61,149 bases of DNA, filler included, from Candidatus Woesearchaeota archaeon (GCA_016180285.1; 3 parts of 3 records of this genome joined end to end with filler, not necessarily neighbours in it); one strand, 5' to 3'; positions 31,830 through 42,560 are shown, counted from the whole stretch's first letter. Made by a program: numbers and translations. The notes: generated from the letters alone by a model not told the origin.

Positions 31830-31832
31830 ATT

Positions 31833-32144
31833 ATGAAAAAAATAAAATCACAAAACAATGCCAAAAGTGCTCCGCATGTTCGGGCAGATAAAACGCCATA
31901 CTGCGATATTTGCGAGCTGAAAATAGAAGGCGTGTGCAAGGACAGAAGGAAATGCAGGATCCTGAGCAAAGACGAGGTTATTGACCTGTGCAGCGCAAAT
32001 GAGGAAATGGATGACATTTCTATGGATTATGTGATCAACAACTTTGCATTCATACAGTATGAGGACAGGTCATGGGTTACAATGAGAAAAGAAAGCGCCA
32101 AAAAGGCATGGCAGAAAGGCAGAAGATTGAGCATTGCAGGGTAA
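31833..32144 (+). CDS. Hypothetical Cys-containing protein
   Basis: 103 aa with CDIC...C...C. Confidence 0.65.
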   Translation: MKKIKSQNNAKSAPHVRADKTPYCDICELKIEGVCKDRRKCRILSKDEVIDLCSANEEMDDISMDYVINNFAFIQYEDRSWVTMRKESAKKAWQKGRRLSIAG

Positions 32145-32146
32145 AG

Positions 32147-32737
32147 ATGAAAATTCCGACAAAAAAAGAGTGTTACAAGCTATTGAAGAAATATTCTGTT
32201 CCGCTTAATGTAATAAGGCATTCTGAAGATGTATGCAGGGTTTCATTGTTTATTGGGGAAAGAATGAAGAAAAGGGGGGAAAAGATAAATCTGAAATTAT
32301 TGGAAGCAGCATCCTTATTGCACGATATTGACAAGATCCATACACTGAACAATGGCAGGCACGGCATAATGTCCTGCAATATTCTGAAAAAAGAGGGATT
32401 TAATGCAGTTGCAAGATTTGCTCTCATACATGTATTGCATGCGATCTTAAGTGCCAGAACTATGCCTAAAACATGGGAAGAAAAAATATTTTATTATGCT
32501 GACAGAAGAGTCAATCCTGAAGGGATAGTTTCAGCGAAAATCAGATTTGATTATTTAAGGCAGCAATACGGGGCGAAAGACAAAAAAATAATGAAAATGA
32601 TAAATGAGGCTGAGCCTAAAGTGAAAAGGCTGGAAAAAGAGATATTCTCCAGAATGAGAATGAAGCCTGAAGAAATAAACAAGCTGACTGCAGCAGAGCA
32701 ATATGGCAAAAGACTACTACAAAATACTTGGCGTTGA
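32147..32737 (+). CDS. HD-domain phosphohydrolase
   Basis: [27 protein letters not shown]. Confidence 0.88.
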   Translation: MKIPTKKECYKLLKKYSVPLNVIRHSEDVCRVSLFIGERMKKRGEKINLKLLEAASLLHDIDKIHTLNNGRHGIMSCNILKKEGFNAVARFALIHVLHAILSARTMPKTWEEKIFYYADRRVNPEGIVSAKIRFDYLRQQYGAKDKKIMKMINEAEPKVKRLEKEIFSRMRMKPEEINKLTAAEQYGKRLLQNTWR

Positions 32738-33797
32738 TAAGAATGCCTCAACTGAAGAAGTAAGAAGGGCTTACAAGAATCTTGCTAAAAAATATCATCC
32801 AGATGTTAATAAAGAATCCAGCGCTACTGAAAAATTCAAGGAGATAAATGAGGCCGCTGCTGTTTTGGGCGACCAGAAGAAGAGGGAGCAGTACGACAAG
32901 TTTGGCACAGCAGAGGTCCCGCCAGGATTCACAGGGTTTGATTTTGGAGACCTTGGAATGGAAGTTGATTTCGGCGACATATTTGACGGCTTTTTTGGCG
33001 GCAGCGATATATTCGGAGGCAGCAGAAGAAGGCGGACAGAGCACGGATCAGATTTAAGGTTTGACATGGATATTGAGCTGGAAGATGCTGCTTTTGGCGC
33101 AGAGAAAACAATTTCTTTAAGAAAGCTGGATAAATGCTCTGAATGCAGCGGTACAGGAGCTGAAAATGGGACTGACTTTATCACATGCCCTGATTGCGCT
33201 GGAACTGGTTATGTAAAAAGAAGCCAGAGAACTCCATTTGGAATTTTTTCAACCACAACAGCATGCCCTAAGTGCGGCGGCAGCGGGGAGTATATCCGAG
33301 AAAAATGCTCTAATTGCAATGGAAAAGGCAGAGTAACTGTAAATAAAAAAATCGAGATCAAAATTCCTGCCGGTATTGAAGATGGAATGCAGCTTAGAGT
33401 TACAGGAGAAGGCGAAGCTGGCAGTAAAGGCGGAAGATCAGGAGACCTTTATGTTGTTATCCGTGTAAAGCCTCACAAGATATTTGAAAGAGATGGCAAT
33501 GACATTAATGTTGAAGTTCCAATAAGCTTTTCAGCTGCTGCTGTTGGCGGCGAGATAGAAGTTCAAACCTTAAACGGCAAGAAAACCCTGAAGATCCCTG
33601 CCGGAACCCAGTCGAATACGATCTTTAGAATGAAGGGAGAAGGAATTCCTAATTTGAATGGCTTTGGGAAAGGATCCGAGAATGTTAAGGTTGTTGTAAA
33701 AGTTCCTGAAAAACTGACAAAAAAGCAGAAAGAGCTGATCGAGGAGTTTGAGAAAGAGGATAAGAAAGGGTTTCTCGGCAAGATGTTTTTATGGTGA
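32703..33797 (+). CDS. dnaJ: Chaperone DnaJ
   Basis: J domain HPD, G/F region, four CxxCxGxG repeats. Confidence 0.97.
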   Translation: MAKDYYKILGVDKNASTEEVRRAYKNLAKKYHPDVNKESSATEKFKEINEAAAVLGDQKKREQYDKFGTAEVPPGFTGFDFGDLGMEVDFGDIFDGFFGGSDIFGGSRRRRTEHGSDLRFDMDIELEDAAFGAEKTISLRKLDKCSECSGTGAENGTDFITCPDCAGTGYVKRSQRTPFGIFSTTTACPKCGGSGEYIREKCSNCNGKGRVTVNKKIEIKIPAGIEDGMQLRVTGEGEAGSKGGRSGDLYVVIRVKPHKIFERDGNDINVEVPISFSAAAVGGEIEVQTLNGKKTLKIPAGTQSNTIFRMKGEGIPNLNGFGKGSENVKVVVKVPEKLTKKQKELIEEFEKEDKKGFLGKMFLW

Positions 33798-33987
33798 AAT
33801 ATCTTTTATTTTTTTCTTTTGAACAATAAATTGCATCTTTTGCAGTAATAAAGAATCTTTTCATTGCCTTTAAGATCATTGCCGCATAACGGGCATCCTT
33901 TTTCTATCACTTCTGCCCGCTCTCTTTTTTCACGCATAAAACAGAGAAAACAGTTTGTTTTTAAATATATGTGAATTGGATAGTTGG

Positions 33988-34377
33988 TTAATGTGAGAAA
34001 GGAATTTCTTGTTTTGTGATTTTATTTTGACCATCACCGAAGCATAGTTTAGCGATTGCGTTCAAATCTGCATTTAATGGCACCAGATCAGGAATGTAAA
34101 GTGAGCCTGATGTAAGCTCAGCAATCATAATTGCTTCTTTCAGAGATAAATTTCTGGCCACATCTTCTTTCGCGCCATACAGTTCTCTGAAACCGCGATT
34201 ATTCACTTTTGGTTCGATTTCATATAACGCAGTTTCTGAATTCGTTTTTTGTGAAGTTATTACTGTTTCTTTGCGTATTAATTTAACTCCGCAATTGTAC
34301 GGCTCAATTTTATATTCCTCAACTAATCTCGAATCAATCGCTTTAAGTTCTTCTTTAGTTCGTCCAATTGTTTGCAT
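33988..34377 (-). CDS. Hypothetical protein
   Basis: Start at 34377 with AAGGT RBS; upstream part of track ORF lies in the IS remnant. Confidence 0.6.
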   Translation of the reverse strand: MQTIGRTKEELKAIDSRLVEEYKIEPYNCGVKLIRKETVITSQKTNSETALYEIEPKVNNRGFRELYGAKEDVARNLSLKEAIMIAELTSGSLYIPDLVPLNADLNAIAKLCFGDGQNKITKQEIPFSH

Positions 34378-34411
34378 TTTTACCTTATTGAATAAAAAGC
34401 GCTTATTGTAT

Positions 34412-34566
34412 GTCAAAAACCACCCATCATAGATGGGTGGCATGATGGGCTGTAAGCCATTATAGCCATCCTATGCATATAATGGTTTTTGAGCATGCTC
34501 AGAATTTTCCGCATATAAAAGGTTGGCTTTCCGCCACCAGTCAAAGACTGGATGGAAAATTCCGAC
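34412..34566 (+). mobile_element. Non-autonomous IS200/IS605-like remnant (two subterminal hairpins, no transposase)
   Basis: GTCAAAAA-CCACCCATC-ATA-GATGGGTGG-CATG and TTCCG-CCACCAGTC-AAA-GACTGGATGG...TTCC resemble IS200/IS605 left and right ends. Confidence 0.55.
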
Positions 34567-34570
34567 ATTT

Positions 34571-34822
34571 TTATTTTGCATTTAACTCCATTTCTTTTCC
34601 AATGCAGGTAATTAACAGCCAGTCTAAGGGTTTTCTAAGCCATTTGCTGGCCAGGATTAAACTCCCGTCCTCGCATGGAACTTCTCCATTTTTAACATAT
34701 GAATCATACTTATGTTGCAAATGCGGCGGAAAGTAAATTGCAAACGGATAATTCCCAAAAGACCGTGTATTTCTTTCATAAACTATAATTCCTTGATGTT
34801 TTTCATTTGCCAGTTTAATCAC
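34571..34822 (-). CDS. Hypothetical protein
   Basis: 83-aa ORF, GTG start, TTTATAAA upstream. Confidence 0.5.
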   Translation of the reverse strand: MIKLANEKHQGIIVYERNTRSFGNYPFAIYFPPHLQHKYDSYVKNGEVPCEDGSLILASKWLRKPLDWLLITCIGKEMELNAK

Positions 34823-34956
34823 CTTAGTATAGCTGTGTAAATTCTGCCATTCTTTATAAACTTTTCTTTTGTAACTACTTCAAAGACATGATATTTTTTG
34901 CCAACAGGGTTTTGCACTTCACAACGTTTAAATACAGCCGGCGTGCATTAAAATTG

Positions 34957-35808
34957 ATGATCTTCGTCTCAACAGCGTGCTTAAAAGGAATAAATGAGGG
35001 ATTTGAAAAGGATTTATTAAGAGTTCTAGAGCTTTATAAAAACAGCAATATAAAAAACATAGAGCTTGGCAGCGTTCATTCTGAAATGGAGCCTGATTTT
35101 CTATTAAAATTTCTGTTAAAGTACAAGAAAGAAAATGATGCGAATTTCATAATCCACGGATTTTTTCCTCCGATAAAGGAAAGGATAATGATCAATATAG
35201 GCTCGCAAAACAAGAATATTCTTGAAAAATCCATGTTCATTGTTGAAAACGCAATAGAGCTCTGCAGAAAGCTCGATGCAAGGCTTTACAGCTTTCATTC
35301 TGCAGCGCTTGGCGATGTTGATGCTCACGGGATTTACATAACAAAAAAATATGGTGAAAAAGAGGTTTTGGAAACTTTTGAAGAAAATTTGACAAAGGTC
35401 TGCGAGCTTGCAGCCGGCTATGGAATAAAAATCGCAGTTGAAAACCACGGCGGGGAATGCGGAGATGACTTTTTTGCAAGAAAGGAATATTTTTTAAATT
35501 TATTTAAAAAATTAAAAATAAAAAACCTCGGAATCTTGATTGATGCCGGGCATTTAAGCGCTGCAGCAAGGAGATTCAGCTTTGAAAAGGGCGATTTCAT
35601 AAAATCAATGCAGCAAAAGGCATTTGCAGTGCACTGCCATGAGAATGACGGGAGTTACGATCAGCACAAGAATGTGAATTTAAGCACATTGAAGGATTTC
35701 GATAAAGAAATCATTAAAAAAACTTTCATCATATTGGAAGCAAATAGCTTAAGCGCAGATGAAATCGCCAGTGGAATAAACATTTTACAAACCTTTAAAA
35801 ACAAATAA
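34957..35808 (+). CDS. Xylose isomerase/AP endonuclease 2-like TIM barrel
   Basis: IHG, YSFH, AVENH, LIDAGH, VHCHENDGSYDQH, ILE. Confidence 0.85.
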   Translation: MIFVSTACLKGINEGFEKDLLRVLELYKNSNIKNIELGSVHSEMEPDFLLKFLLKYKKENDANFIIHGFFPPIKERIMINIGSQNKNILEKSMFIVENAIELCRKLDARLYSFHSAALGDVDAHGIYITKKYGEKEVLETFEENLTKVCELAAGYGIKIAVENHGGECGDDFFARKEYFLNLFKKLKIKNLGILIDAGHLSAAARRFSFEKGDFIKSMQQKAFAVHCHENDGSYDQHKNVNLSTLKDFDKEIIKKTFIILEANSLSADEIASGINILQTFKNK

Positions 35809-35816
35809 AAATTTCA

Positions 35817-36446
35817 ATGCCTGAGATGAAGCTAAAAACCTCAAAAACAGAAATTAATCACTTATGGAAAGCATGGCTTGCCATTTCAGTGGCATTCGCC
35901 ATTGTCTTAGGCGGAGGGTTTTCAGTAAGCCTGTTCTCTTTTAAATTTCTGCTGAACATAATATTTGCGGCATTCACAGTAGGGATCGGATTTTTGCTGC
36001 ATGAGCTGGCTCATAAGCTTACAGCGCAGCATTTTGGATATTGGTCTGAGTTCAGAGCTAACTTTCAAATGCTTTTTTTGATGATTGCAATGAGTTTTTT
36101 GGGATTTGTTTTTGCCGCTCCAGGCGCAACCATGATAGCAGGAAGAGTTGAAAAGAACAAGTACGGAATGATCTCAGCAGCAGGGCCTTTGGTCAACATA
36201 GTTCTTGCTTTGTTTTTCCTTGGCTTGAGTTTTACAAGCCCATATCCGCCCATTACCCTGTTTGCTTTGTACGGATTGCTGATCAACAGCTGGCTGGCAT
36301 TGTTTAACATGATTCCTTTCGGGATTTTAGACGGAGCCAAGGTGATAAGGTGGAATGTGATCGCTTATTCTTTGATCGTAATTGCTTCGCTTGCATTGGT
36401 TGTGGTTGGGAATGCGCTTATTAAGAACGTCGCCATGCTGGGCTGA
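35817..36446 (+). CDS. Site-2 protease (M50)
   Basis: HELAH, SAAGP, FNMIPFGILDG. Confidence 0.92.
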   Translation: MPEMKLKTSKTEINHLWKAWLAISVAFAIVLGGGFSVSLFSFKFLLNIIFAAFTVGIGFLLHELAHKLTAQHFGYWSEFRANFQMLFLMIAMSFLGFVFAAPGATMIAGRVEKNKYGMISAAGPLVNIVLALFFLGLSFTSPYPPITLFALYGLLINSWLALFNMIPFGILDGAKVIRWNVIAYSLIVIASLALVVVGNALIKNVAMLG

Positions 36447-36465
36447 GAAATTTAATTTATTCTTT

Positions 36466-37209
36466 TCATACTAAATGAACTAAATCGTATATTTCTTGCC
36501 GAGTAAACAAGAACGTGCTTTTTTTCTTTTTTGGAGAAATTTTAAATCCTATATCGTTTTCTCGGGCAATATCACAAAGTCTTTGAGGAGTTATCTTTAC
36601 TTCCGGCCTTATTAAGGATAATGATCTAAGTGCTTTCTCTGAATTAAATAGCGGTTTGCCCTTTCTGGTTCCTATATATTCCAGCCATGAATCAAACAGG
36701 ATAAATTTAACTCCATTTTTAGCCCTATTCTTTTTTTGCTCATAACTGGCAAGGTAGCGTTCAGAAATTAAATGGTAGATGACATTTTTGTAGCTTATTC
36801 CCAGCCTGGCTAATACCTCACCTATGAGTAAAACCTCATTTTCTTTTCCATCCAAACCATATCCAGCGATATACCTTTTTCTCTCATATGAATAAAACCA
36901 CAAGGCATGTTCAATTAAATCATTTGACACCTGATCATTCTTGGATAACCCAAGCATTACAGGCAATCTTTCAATCCCTACTTCCTCTCTTTGAAGCATA
37001 TACATTTTTTTAATTAAAGAACCAAGTAATCTTCTGCCCTCAATTCCCTTTGCAAGATGTTCTGTATCTTCCACGCTGACGTAAAGATCTTTACCTCTTC
37101 TGTCATATTTGACTAAACCAGTGCCAGCATAGTTTCTTAAAACACATCTATTCAGACCAAAAAGCCTTGCAACATCCTTGCTCGGTTTGTAATCCATTTC
37201 ATCATTCAT
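36466..37209 (-). CDS. Hypothetical DNA-binding protein with repeated winged-HTH-like units
   Basis: SKDVARLFGLNRCVLRNYAGTGLV and IGEVLARLGISYKNVIYHLISERYL. Confidence 0.6.
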   Translation of the reverse strand: MNDEMDYKPSKDVARLFGLNRCVLRNYAGTGLVKYDRRGKDLYVSVEDTEHLAKGIEGRRLLGSLIKKMYMLQREEVGIERLPVMLGLSKNDQVSNDLIEHALWFYSYERKRYIAGYGLDGKENEVLLIGEVLARLGISYKNVIYHLISERYLASYEQKKNRAKNGVKFILFDSWLEYIGTRKGKPLFNSEKALRSLSLIRPEVKITPQRLCDIARENDIGFKISPKKKKSTFLFTRQEIYDLVHLV

Positions 37210-37256
37210 GCAAATATGAAAAAACAACTCCTTTAAAAATCTTTCTATTTTTACTA

Positions 37257-38975
37257 CTAAAGAGACGTTATAAACTTAACCATATACTGACCTTCTTTCC
37301 TATATCCCAATTTTCTGTAGTAATTTCTTACACCAATCCCGGAGATCACAACAATCTTGTTTTTGTAATATGTCTTTGCGATCTCTTCCGCCATTTTCAA
37401 CAGCTCTTTTCCCAGGCCATGGTGCTGTATTGAGCCTTTTTTGCCGATTGCAGCTGCTTCGCCATAGACATGAAGCTCTCTTATTAAAGCAGAGTCCTCT
37501 GTTATCTCTTTTCTTAAGAATTGCGAAGGGAATCTTAAGCGGCAGAAGCCAAATAAAATTTTATTTTTAAAATCCTCGGCAGAAATGAAAAATTCCGATC
37601 CATGAGATGCTTCATAATAAGCTGATTTTATTTCAATGCTTTTCAGGATTTTCCTGATATTTTTGCTTTTTAAGTAATTTCCAGCTTCCCTGCACCTTAT
37701 GCAATTGCACCTTATTTTTTTATTTTTCATTATCTTTTCAACATACTGCCTTAGGTTTGTTTTATCAACACCTGCTTCAGTGGCATAAGTCGGTATGTCT
37801 CTTTGGATCCTCATCACTCTTGCGTAAGTTGGAATGTTTTTCTTGAATTCCGCAATTAAATGAGCGGCTTTTTCAGTTGTCAGCGGCTTATACTTCCTTC
37901 TTCTATACAAATCATATAATTTAGTTCCTTTCAAGACCATGCAGGGATAGATCTTGAGCATATCAGGCCTGAGATCTTGATTTTCAAAAAGCTCTTTTAA
38001 TGCCTCTAAATCTTTTTTATATGAAACTCCAGGCAAGCCGGGCATAATGTGATAATTTATCTTAAATCCGAGGTCTTTCAGAATCCTTGTTGATTCAATT
38101 GTGTCTTTGATTGTGTGGCCTCTTTCAACCTTTTTCAGAACATCATCATAAACTGTCTGAACACCAAGCTCAACCCTTGTTGCCCCTAATCTCAGCATCT
38201 CATTCCCCTGATTCAATTTTCCGTAATCCGGCCTTGTTTCCATTGTCAGGCCAACGCATTTGATATTTGAATTTTCATTTCTTGTTTGCTCTTTTTCAAG
38301 CAATATGCCTTTTATTTTGTTTTTCATAATCAATAATCTGTTCTGGATTCTTTTTGTTCTTTTTTTGTCTTTTACATCTGCCGGCAATTCAAAGAAATCC
38401 TTGAATTTCAGTATGCCAAATTCTTTATTCTTCTTAAAAAACAAATCTGAGAAATCATTCATTGCCTTAAATGCGTATTTGATGAAATTCTCCTGGTATT
38501 TTTTTGGAAAGCTTGGAAAAGTGCCGCCCATTATGATCAGCTCAATCTTTCCCGGGAAATGGCCGAGAACAATGTACTGCTCTAACCTATTGAACACCTG
38601 AAGATAAGGGTCGTATTTATTCCTTATTGCTCTCAATGTAGCTGGCTCTTTTCCTGTATAAGACTGCGGGACTGTGCCAAAATAGCTTTTTATGCCGCCG
38701 GGGCAGTATATGCATCTTCCATGCGGGCATTTAAATGGCTCAGTCATGATTGCGCACACTGCAACGCCGCTTATTGTTCGTGTTGGCTTTGTCTGGAGAA
38801 ATTTTTTTATTTTTGGAAGATCCTCTTTGGAAGCGTTCATTAATATCTGTATGTCTGTCGGAATAACCTTCATCTGGTGTTTTTTTGAGAGCTTTATCTT
38901 TACATTATTCAGCCTGTTCTTGCTGATCTTTTGTTTTTTGATTGCTTCAATTATTTCTTTGAAAAAGCCTTCCAT
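37257..38975 (-). CDS. elp3: Elp3 tRNA U34 carboxymethyltransferase (radical SAM + KAT)
   Basis: CPHGRCIYCPGG, QSYTGKEP, MGGTF, ETRPD, RIQRDIP, CIRCRE, IRELHVYG, QHHGLG. Confidence 0.96.
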   Translation of the reverse strand: MEGFFKEIIEAIKKQKISKNRLNNVKIKLSKKHQMKVIPTDIQILMNASKEDLPKIKKFLQTKPTRTISGVAVCAIMTEPFKCPHGRCIYCPGGIKSYFGTVPQSYTGKEPATLRAIRNKYDPYLQVFNRLEQYIVLGHFPGKIELIIMGGTFPSFPKKYQENFIKYAFKAMNDFSDLFFKKNKEFGILKFKDFFELPADVKDKKRTKRIQNRLLIMKNKIKGILLEKEQTRNENSNIKCVGLTMETRPDYGKLNQGNEMLRLGATRVELGVQTVYDDVLKKVERGHTIKDTIESTRILKDLGFKINYHIMPGLPGVSYKKDLEALKELFENQDLRPDMLKIYPCMVLKGTKLYDLYRRRKYKPLTTEKAAHLIAEFKKNIPTYARVMRIQRDIPTYATEAGVDKTNLRQYVEKIMKNKKIRCNCIRCREAGNYLKSKNIRKILKSIEIKSAYYEASHGSEFFISAEDFKNKILFGFCRLRFPSQFLRKEITEDSALIRELHVYGEAAAIGKKGSIQHHGLGKELLKMAEEIAKTYYKNKIVVISGIGVRNYYRKLGYRKEGQYMVKFITSL

Positions 38976-39065
38976 GGAAATAAAAAAGCTGTTTATCTTA
39001 TAAAGTTATTGAAAACTTCATTTATTGCAGAAACAAAATAAAGTGAATAAGATGCGCATATCATC

Positions 39066-39125
39066 AAGACAAATGTCTTTATCCACATAAGACAGGTGTC
39101 TTGATAACAACGAGACAGATGAATT
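39066..39125. repeat. Three palindromic boxes at 23-bp period
   Basis: AAGACA-AA-TGTCTT (39066), AAGACA-GG-TGTCTT (39089), GAGACA-GA-TGAATT (39112). Confidence 0.7.
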
Positions 39126-39164
39126 AAAGCCAATTGTCCCTAATTTTTGTTTTATAGAAAAATT

Positions 39165-39572
39165 TTAAATGTATCTCCAATACTCTTTACCATATTTTGC
39201 CTCGTACTTTTTTCTTAACTCCCAAGCCTTATATTTCTTAGTAATCCAAGGTATGGGTTCTATTCCAAATTTTGTCAGAACGTCGTTTAAGTCTTCTGAG
39301 CACTTCTTACCAAATTGGCTTATCTCAGCTAATGGCGACCTCCCGATTCCCTCCTCTCTGAATTTTTCTAATTCACGAAGTGTTTTTATATTATGAGGAC
39401 CGTCTAGTAAGCAATAATAAGTTCTTGGCATTCTAAAACCATTCTTATCCCCTCCGCTTTTGTATCCCACATATTCAATAAAATCCTTGATAGATGCGTC
39501 TAAATTGATTTTCCCTTCTTTGTTTATTACCCTTTTTTCAAGTTCTTCTTTGGACATCCACATAGTCAACAA
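39165..39572 (-). CDS. Stand-alone protein resembling bacterial RNA polymerase alpha C-terminal domain
   Basis: PRTYYCL...NIKTLREL...LAEISQFGKKCSEDLNDVLTKFGI parallels alpha-CTD. Confidence 0.65.
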   Translation of the reverse strand: MLTMWMSKEELEKRVINKEGKINLDASIKDFIEYVGYKSGGDKNGFRMPRTYYCLLDGPHNIKTLRELEKFREEGIGRSPLAEISQFGKKCSEDLNDVLTKFGIEPIPWITKKYKAWELRKKYEAKYGKEYWRYI

Positions 39573-39735
39573 ATGTTAATATTTGTCTCTTTAAAAGCCT
39601 TTCGATTTAGTAACTAAAAAGTAATAAAAAAGAAACTTTATTTATCTTTAGACTGTGTTAGACTGAATCTTAAATAGAAAATAAGAAGGCTCATAAATGA
39701 TGAGAGAAAGAAATAAGTTAGAAGACGATTATTTC

Positions 39736-39932
39736 GTAGAAAGCTCATTTCTGATTCCTATCAAAACAATAATATCGCACACTTATATGCAGAAGCACAT
39801 ATGTTCGAAGAAGCAAGAATAATCTATGAAAAAACTGGAAATTTTAACATGGCAATGGAAATGGCAGAAAAGCTTGGTCTGAAAGACAAGGCAAACGCTT
39901 ACCGAACAATTAAAGGCCTTTTACACCGCTGA
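39736..39932 (+). pseudogene. Possible helical-repeat gene fragment
   Basis: Frame reading HLYAEAHMFEEARIIYEKTGNFNMAMEMAEKLGLKDKA without a convincing start. Confidence 0.3.
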
Positions 39933-42555
39933 TCTTCATCTTCACAAACTTATGTATCTCGAGATAAAGCGCCCCGGCTCCTGACACTAAGATCAGCAGC
40001 ATGAATTCATAAATGCTCAGCGCAGCTGTATCGAATACCTTCTGCAATGCCGGGATATAGACAACTGCTATAACTGCCATAAACGAAACCAGCACTGCCA
40101 GTATGAGCCATTTGTTCTTGAAAAATCCGACTCTTGACAACGGGTAATTCACAGACCTGCAGGAAAATGCCTGATAAAGCTCGAACATGGCAATCACAAT
40201 GAATGCCTTTGTCTGCGCAATTACAATGCCTTCTCCATTAAAAATGCTTGCCCCAAATACAAAGAATGTTGCGCAAAACATAAGAATAGGATAGAACACA
40301 ATATAGGGCATCATTCCCTTGTATATTTTCTCATTTGGCTTTCTTGGCTTCTGCTTCATTGATCCTGGCTCAAAAGGATCAACGCTTAATGCTGTCGCAG
40401 GCAGGCCGTCTGTTACAAGGTTAATAAGCAGAATCTGGGTTGCTGTCAAAGGCAGCGGAAAGCCAAACAAAACAGCCATGAATATTATGATAACTTCACC
40501 CATATTGCCGGATATCAAAAAAGCAAAAAACTTTCTTATATTTTCATAAACTCCTCTGCCTTCTTCAACAGCGTTTACAATAGACGCGAAATTATCATCA
40601 GTTAATATCATATGGGAAGCTTCTTTTGCAACATCTGTCCCTGCAATGCCCATTGCAATGCCGATGTCTGCTTTCTTCAATGCAGGAGCGTCATTAACTC
40701 CATCGCCGGTCATTGCAACAATATGGCCTTTTTTCTTTAAAGCACCAATAATTTTAAGCTTATGCTCAGGATTGACTCTTGCATAGATTGCAGTATTATC
40801 AACAATGCCACTTAAGTCTTTCAGATTGTCAAGCTCTTCGCCGGTTATGGAATCTCCAATAATTCCAATTTCTTCTGCAATGGCCTTTGCTGTTGCCTCG
40901 CTGTCGCCAGTTATCATAACAACCTTTATCCCGGCTTCCCCGCATTTTTTAACTGCTTCCCTGACTTCATAGCGGGGCGGATCAATCATTGCCTGCAACC
41001 CTGCAAAAACCATGTCTTTCTCGATGCCTTTCATATTGGCTTGTTCATTGCTGCTTAGTTTTTTATATGCAAATCCAATGACCCTTAATGCAGAGCTTGC
41101 AAAATCTTCATTAATGTTAAGTATATTTTTAATATTCTGAGCTGATAACTGCTTGATTTTTCCGTCAACAAGGAATTTGCTGCACAATCCAAGCACAACT
41201 TCCGGAGCCCCTTTCATTATTGCTATTTTTCCGTTTTCAGTTTCGTGTATTGTTGTCATCCTCTTTCTTTCCGAGGAAAAAGTGATCTCATCAATTCTCT
41301 GCCATTTTTTTTCAAGGCTTTCTTTCCTGATGCCTGCTTTAAGAGCGCTGACTGTCAATGCGCCCTCTGTCGGGTCGCCAATTAAATTATTTCCATGAAG
41401 CCTGCTGTTGTTGTTCAGGCAGCCCATCTTCAGAATAAGGGTTAAATCATCGCTTGAAAATTTTTTTCCGTTAAAAAGGAATTCTCCCTTGTCATTGTAG
41501 CCTGTTCCTGTGGCATTTATTATTTTATTGTCGACATAAATCTTTCTTACAGTCATTTCGTTGCATGTTAATGTTCCAGTCTTATCAGTGCAGATAACTG
41601 TTGTTGAGCCAAGTGTTTCAACAGAAGGCAGTTTTCTTATCAATGCATTTTTCTTTACCATCCGCCTCACTCCCAGAGCCAATGAAATAGTCACAACTGC
41701 AGGCAGGCCTTCAGGCACAGCGGCAACAGCCAGGCTGAGGCCGATCAAAAAGGAATTGTAAATGTTTATGCCGTGCAAAAAGCTGCCGATTATTACGAAA
41801 AGGCATATTGCCAATGTTATTGAGCCGAGCCATTGGCCAAGCTGCTTTAATTTTTTCTGCAATGGCGTCAGTTCCGGCTTTAATTCTTGTATCATTGCAG
41901 CAATTTTTCCAAACTCCGTAGCCATTCCTGTTGATGCAACAACAACCTTTGCCCTGCCGTCTGTAACGATTGTTCCTGCAAATGCCATATTGCACTGCTC
42001 GGCAACCTGCTTTTTTTCAGAAATCACCTTGGCGTCTTTTCTGACAGGCAGAGACTCTCCTGTAAGAGTGGCTTCCTGAGTTTTGAAATTTACTGCTTCA
42101 ATTATTCTTCCGTCTGCGGGTATTTTTGCTCCTGTTTCGAGAATTATTATATCGCCGGGGACAAGATTGGCGGCATCTATTGATTCCGATTCATTGTTTC
42201 TTAAAACAGTCGCCTTTAATGCTGAAAGCTTTTTTAGCGCTTCAATTGAGCGTTCAGCCTTGTATTCCTGCACAAAGCCCAGAATTGCATTCAAGACAAG
42301 AATAATAAATATTACCAAAGCATCTATATATTCGCCTACAAACAGGGAGACCAAGGTTGCTGCTATCAGGATCATTATCAGGAAGCTTTTGAACTGGTTC
42401 AGTAAAATCTCAAAAGGGCTGGTTCTTTTGCCTTCTTTAATCTCATTAAGCCCGTATTGCTTGAGCCTTTTTGCAGCTTCCTCGCTGCTTAAGCCTTTTC
42501 TTGAGCTGTTTAGGCTGCTCAGGGCTTCATCAGCTGTTTTTTGATAGTATTCCAT
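39910..42555 (-). CDS. P-type (IIA, Ca2+-like) cation-transporting ATPase
   Basis: LTGES, AVPEGLP, DKTGTLT, KGAPE, MIDPPR, TGDGVNDAPAL, NLVTDG. Confidence 0.96.
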   Translation of the reverse strand: MEYYQKTADEALSSLNSSRKGLSSEEAAKRLKQYGLNEIKEGKRTSPFEILLNQFKSFLIMILIAATLVSLFVGEYIDALVIFIILVLNAILGFVQEYKAERSIEALKKLSALKATVLRNNESESIDAANLVPGDIIILETGAKIPADGRIIEAVNFKTQEATLTGESLPVRKDAKVISEKKQVAEQCNMAFAGTIVTDGRAKVVVASTGMATEFGKIAAMIQELKPELTPLQKKLKQLGQWLGSITLAICLFVIIGSFLHGINIYNSFLIGLSLAVAAVPEGLPAVVTISLALGVRRMVKKNALIRKLPSVETLGSTTVICTDKTGTLTCNEMTVRKIYVDNKIINATGTGYNDKGEFLFNGKKFSSDDLTLILKMGCLNNNSRLHGNNLIGDPTEGALTVSALKAGIRKESLEKKWQRIDEITFSSERKRMTTIHETENGKIAIMKGAPEVVLGLCSKFLVDGKIKQLSAQNIKNILNINEDFASSALRVIGFAYKKLSSNEQANMKGIEKDMVFAGLQAMIDPPRYEVREAVKKCGEAGIKVVMITGDSEATAKAIAEEIGIIGDSITGEELDNLKDLSGIVDNTAIYARVNPEHKLKIIGALKKKGHIVAMTGDGVNDAPALKKADIGIAMGIAGTDVAKEASHMILTDDNFASIVNAVEEGRGVYENIRKFFAFLISGNMGEVIIIFMAVLFGFPLPLTATQILLINLVTDGLPATALSVDPFEPGSMKQKPRKPNEKIYKGMMPYIVFYPILMFCATFFVFGASIFNGEGIVIAQTKAFIVIAMFELYQAFSCRSVNYPLSRVGFFKNKWLILAVLVSFMAVIAVVYIPALQKVFDTAALSIYEFMLLILVSGAGALYLEIHKFVKMKISGVKGL

Positions 42556-42560
42556 TTTTG

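Noticed and set aside
39079..39087. Perfect DnaA box TTATCCACA
   Set aside because: Isolated 9-mer in an archaeal context; another chance copy occurs at the end of the wHTH gene (~27590).
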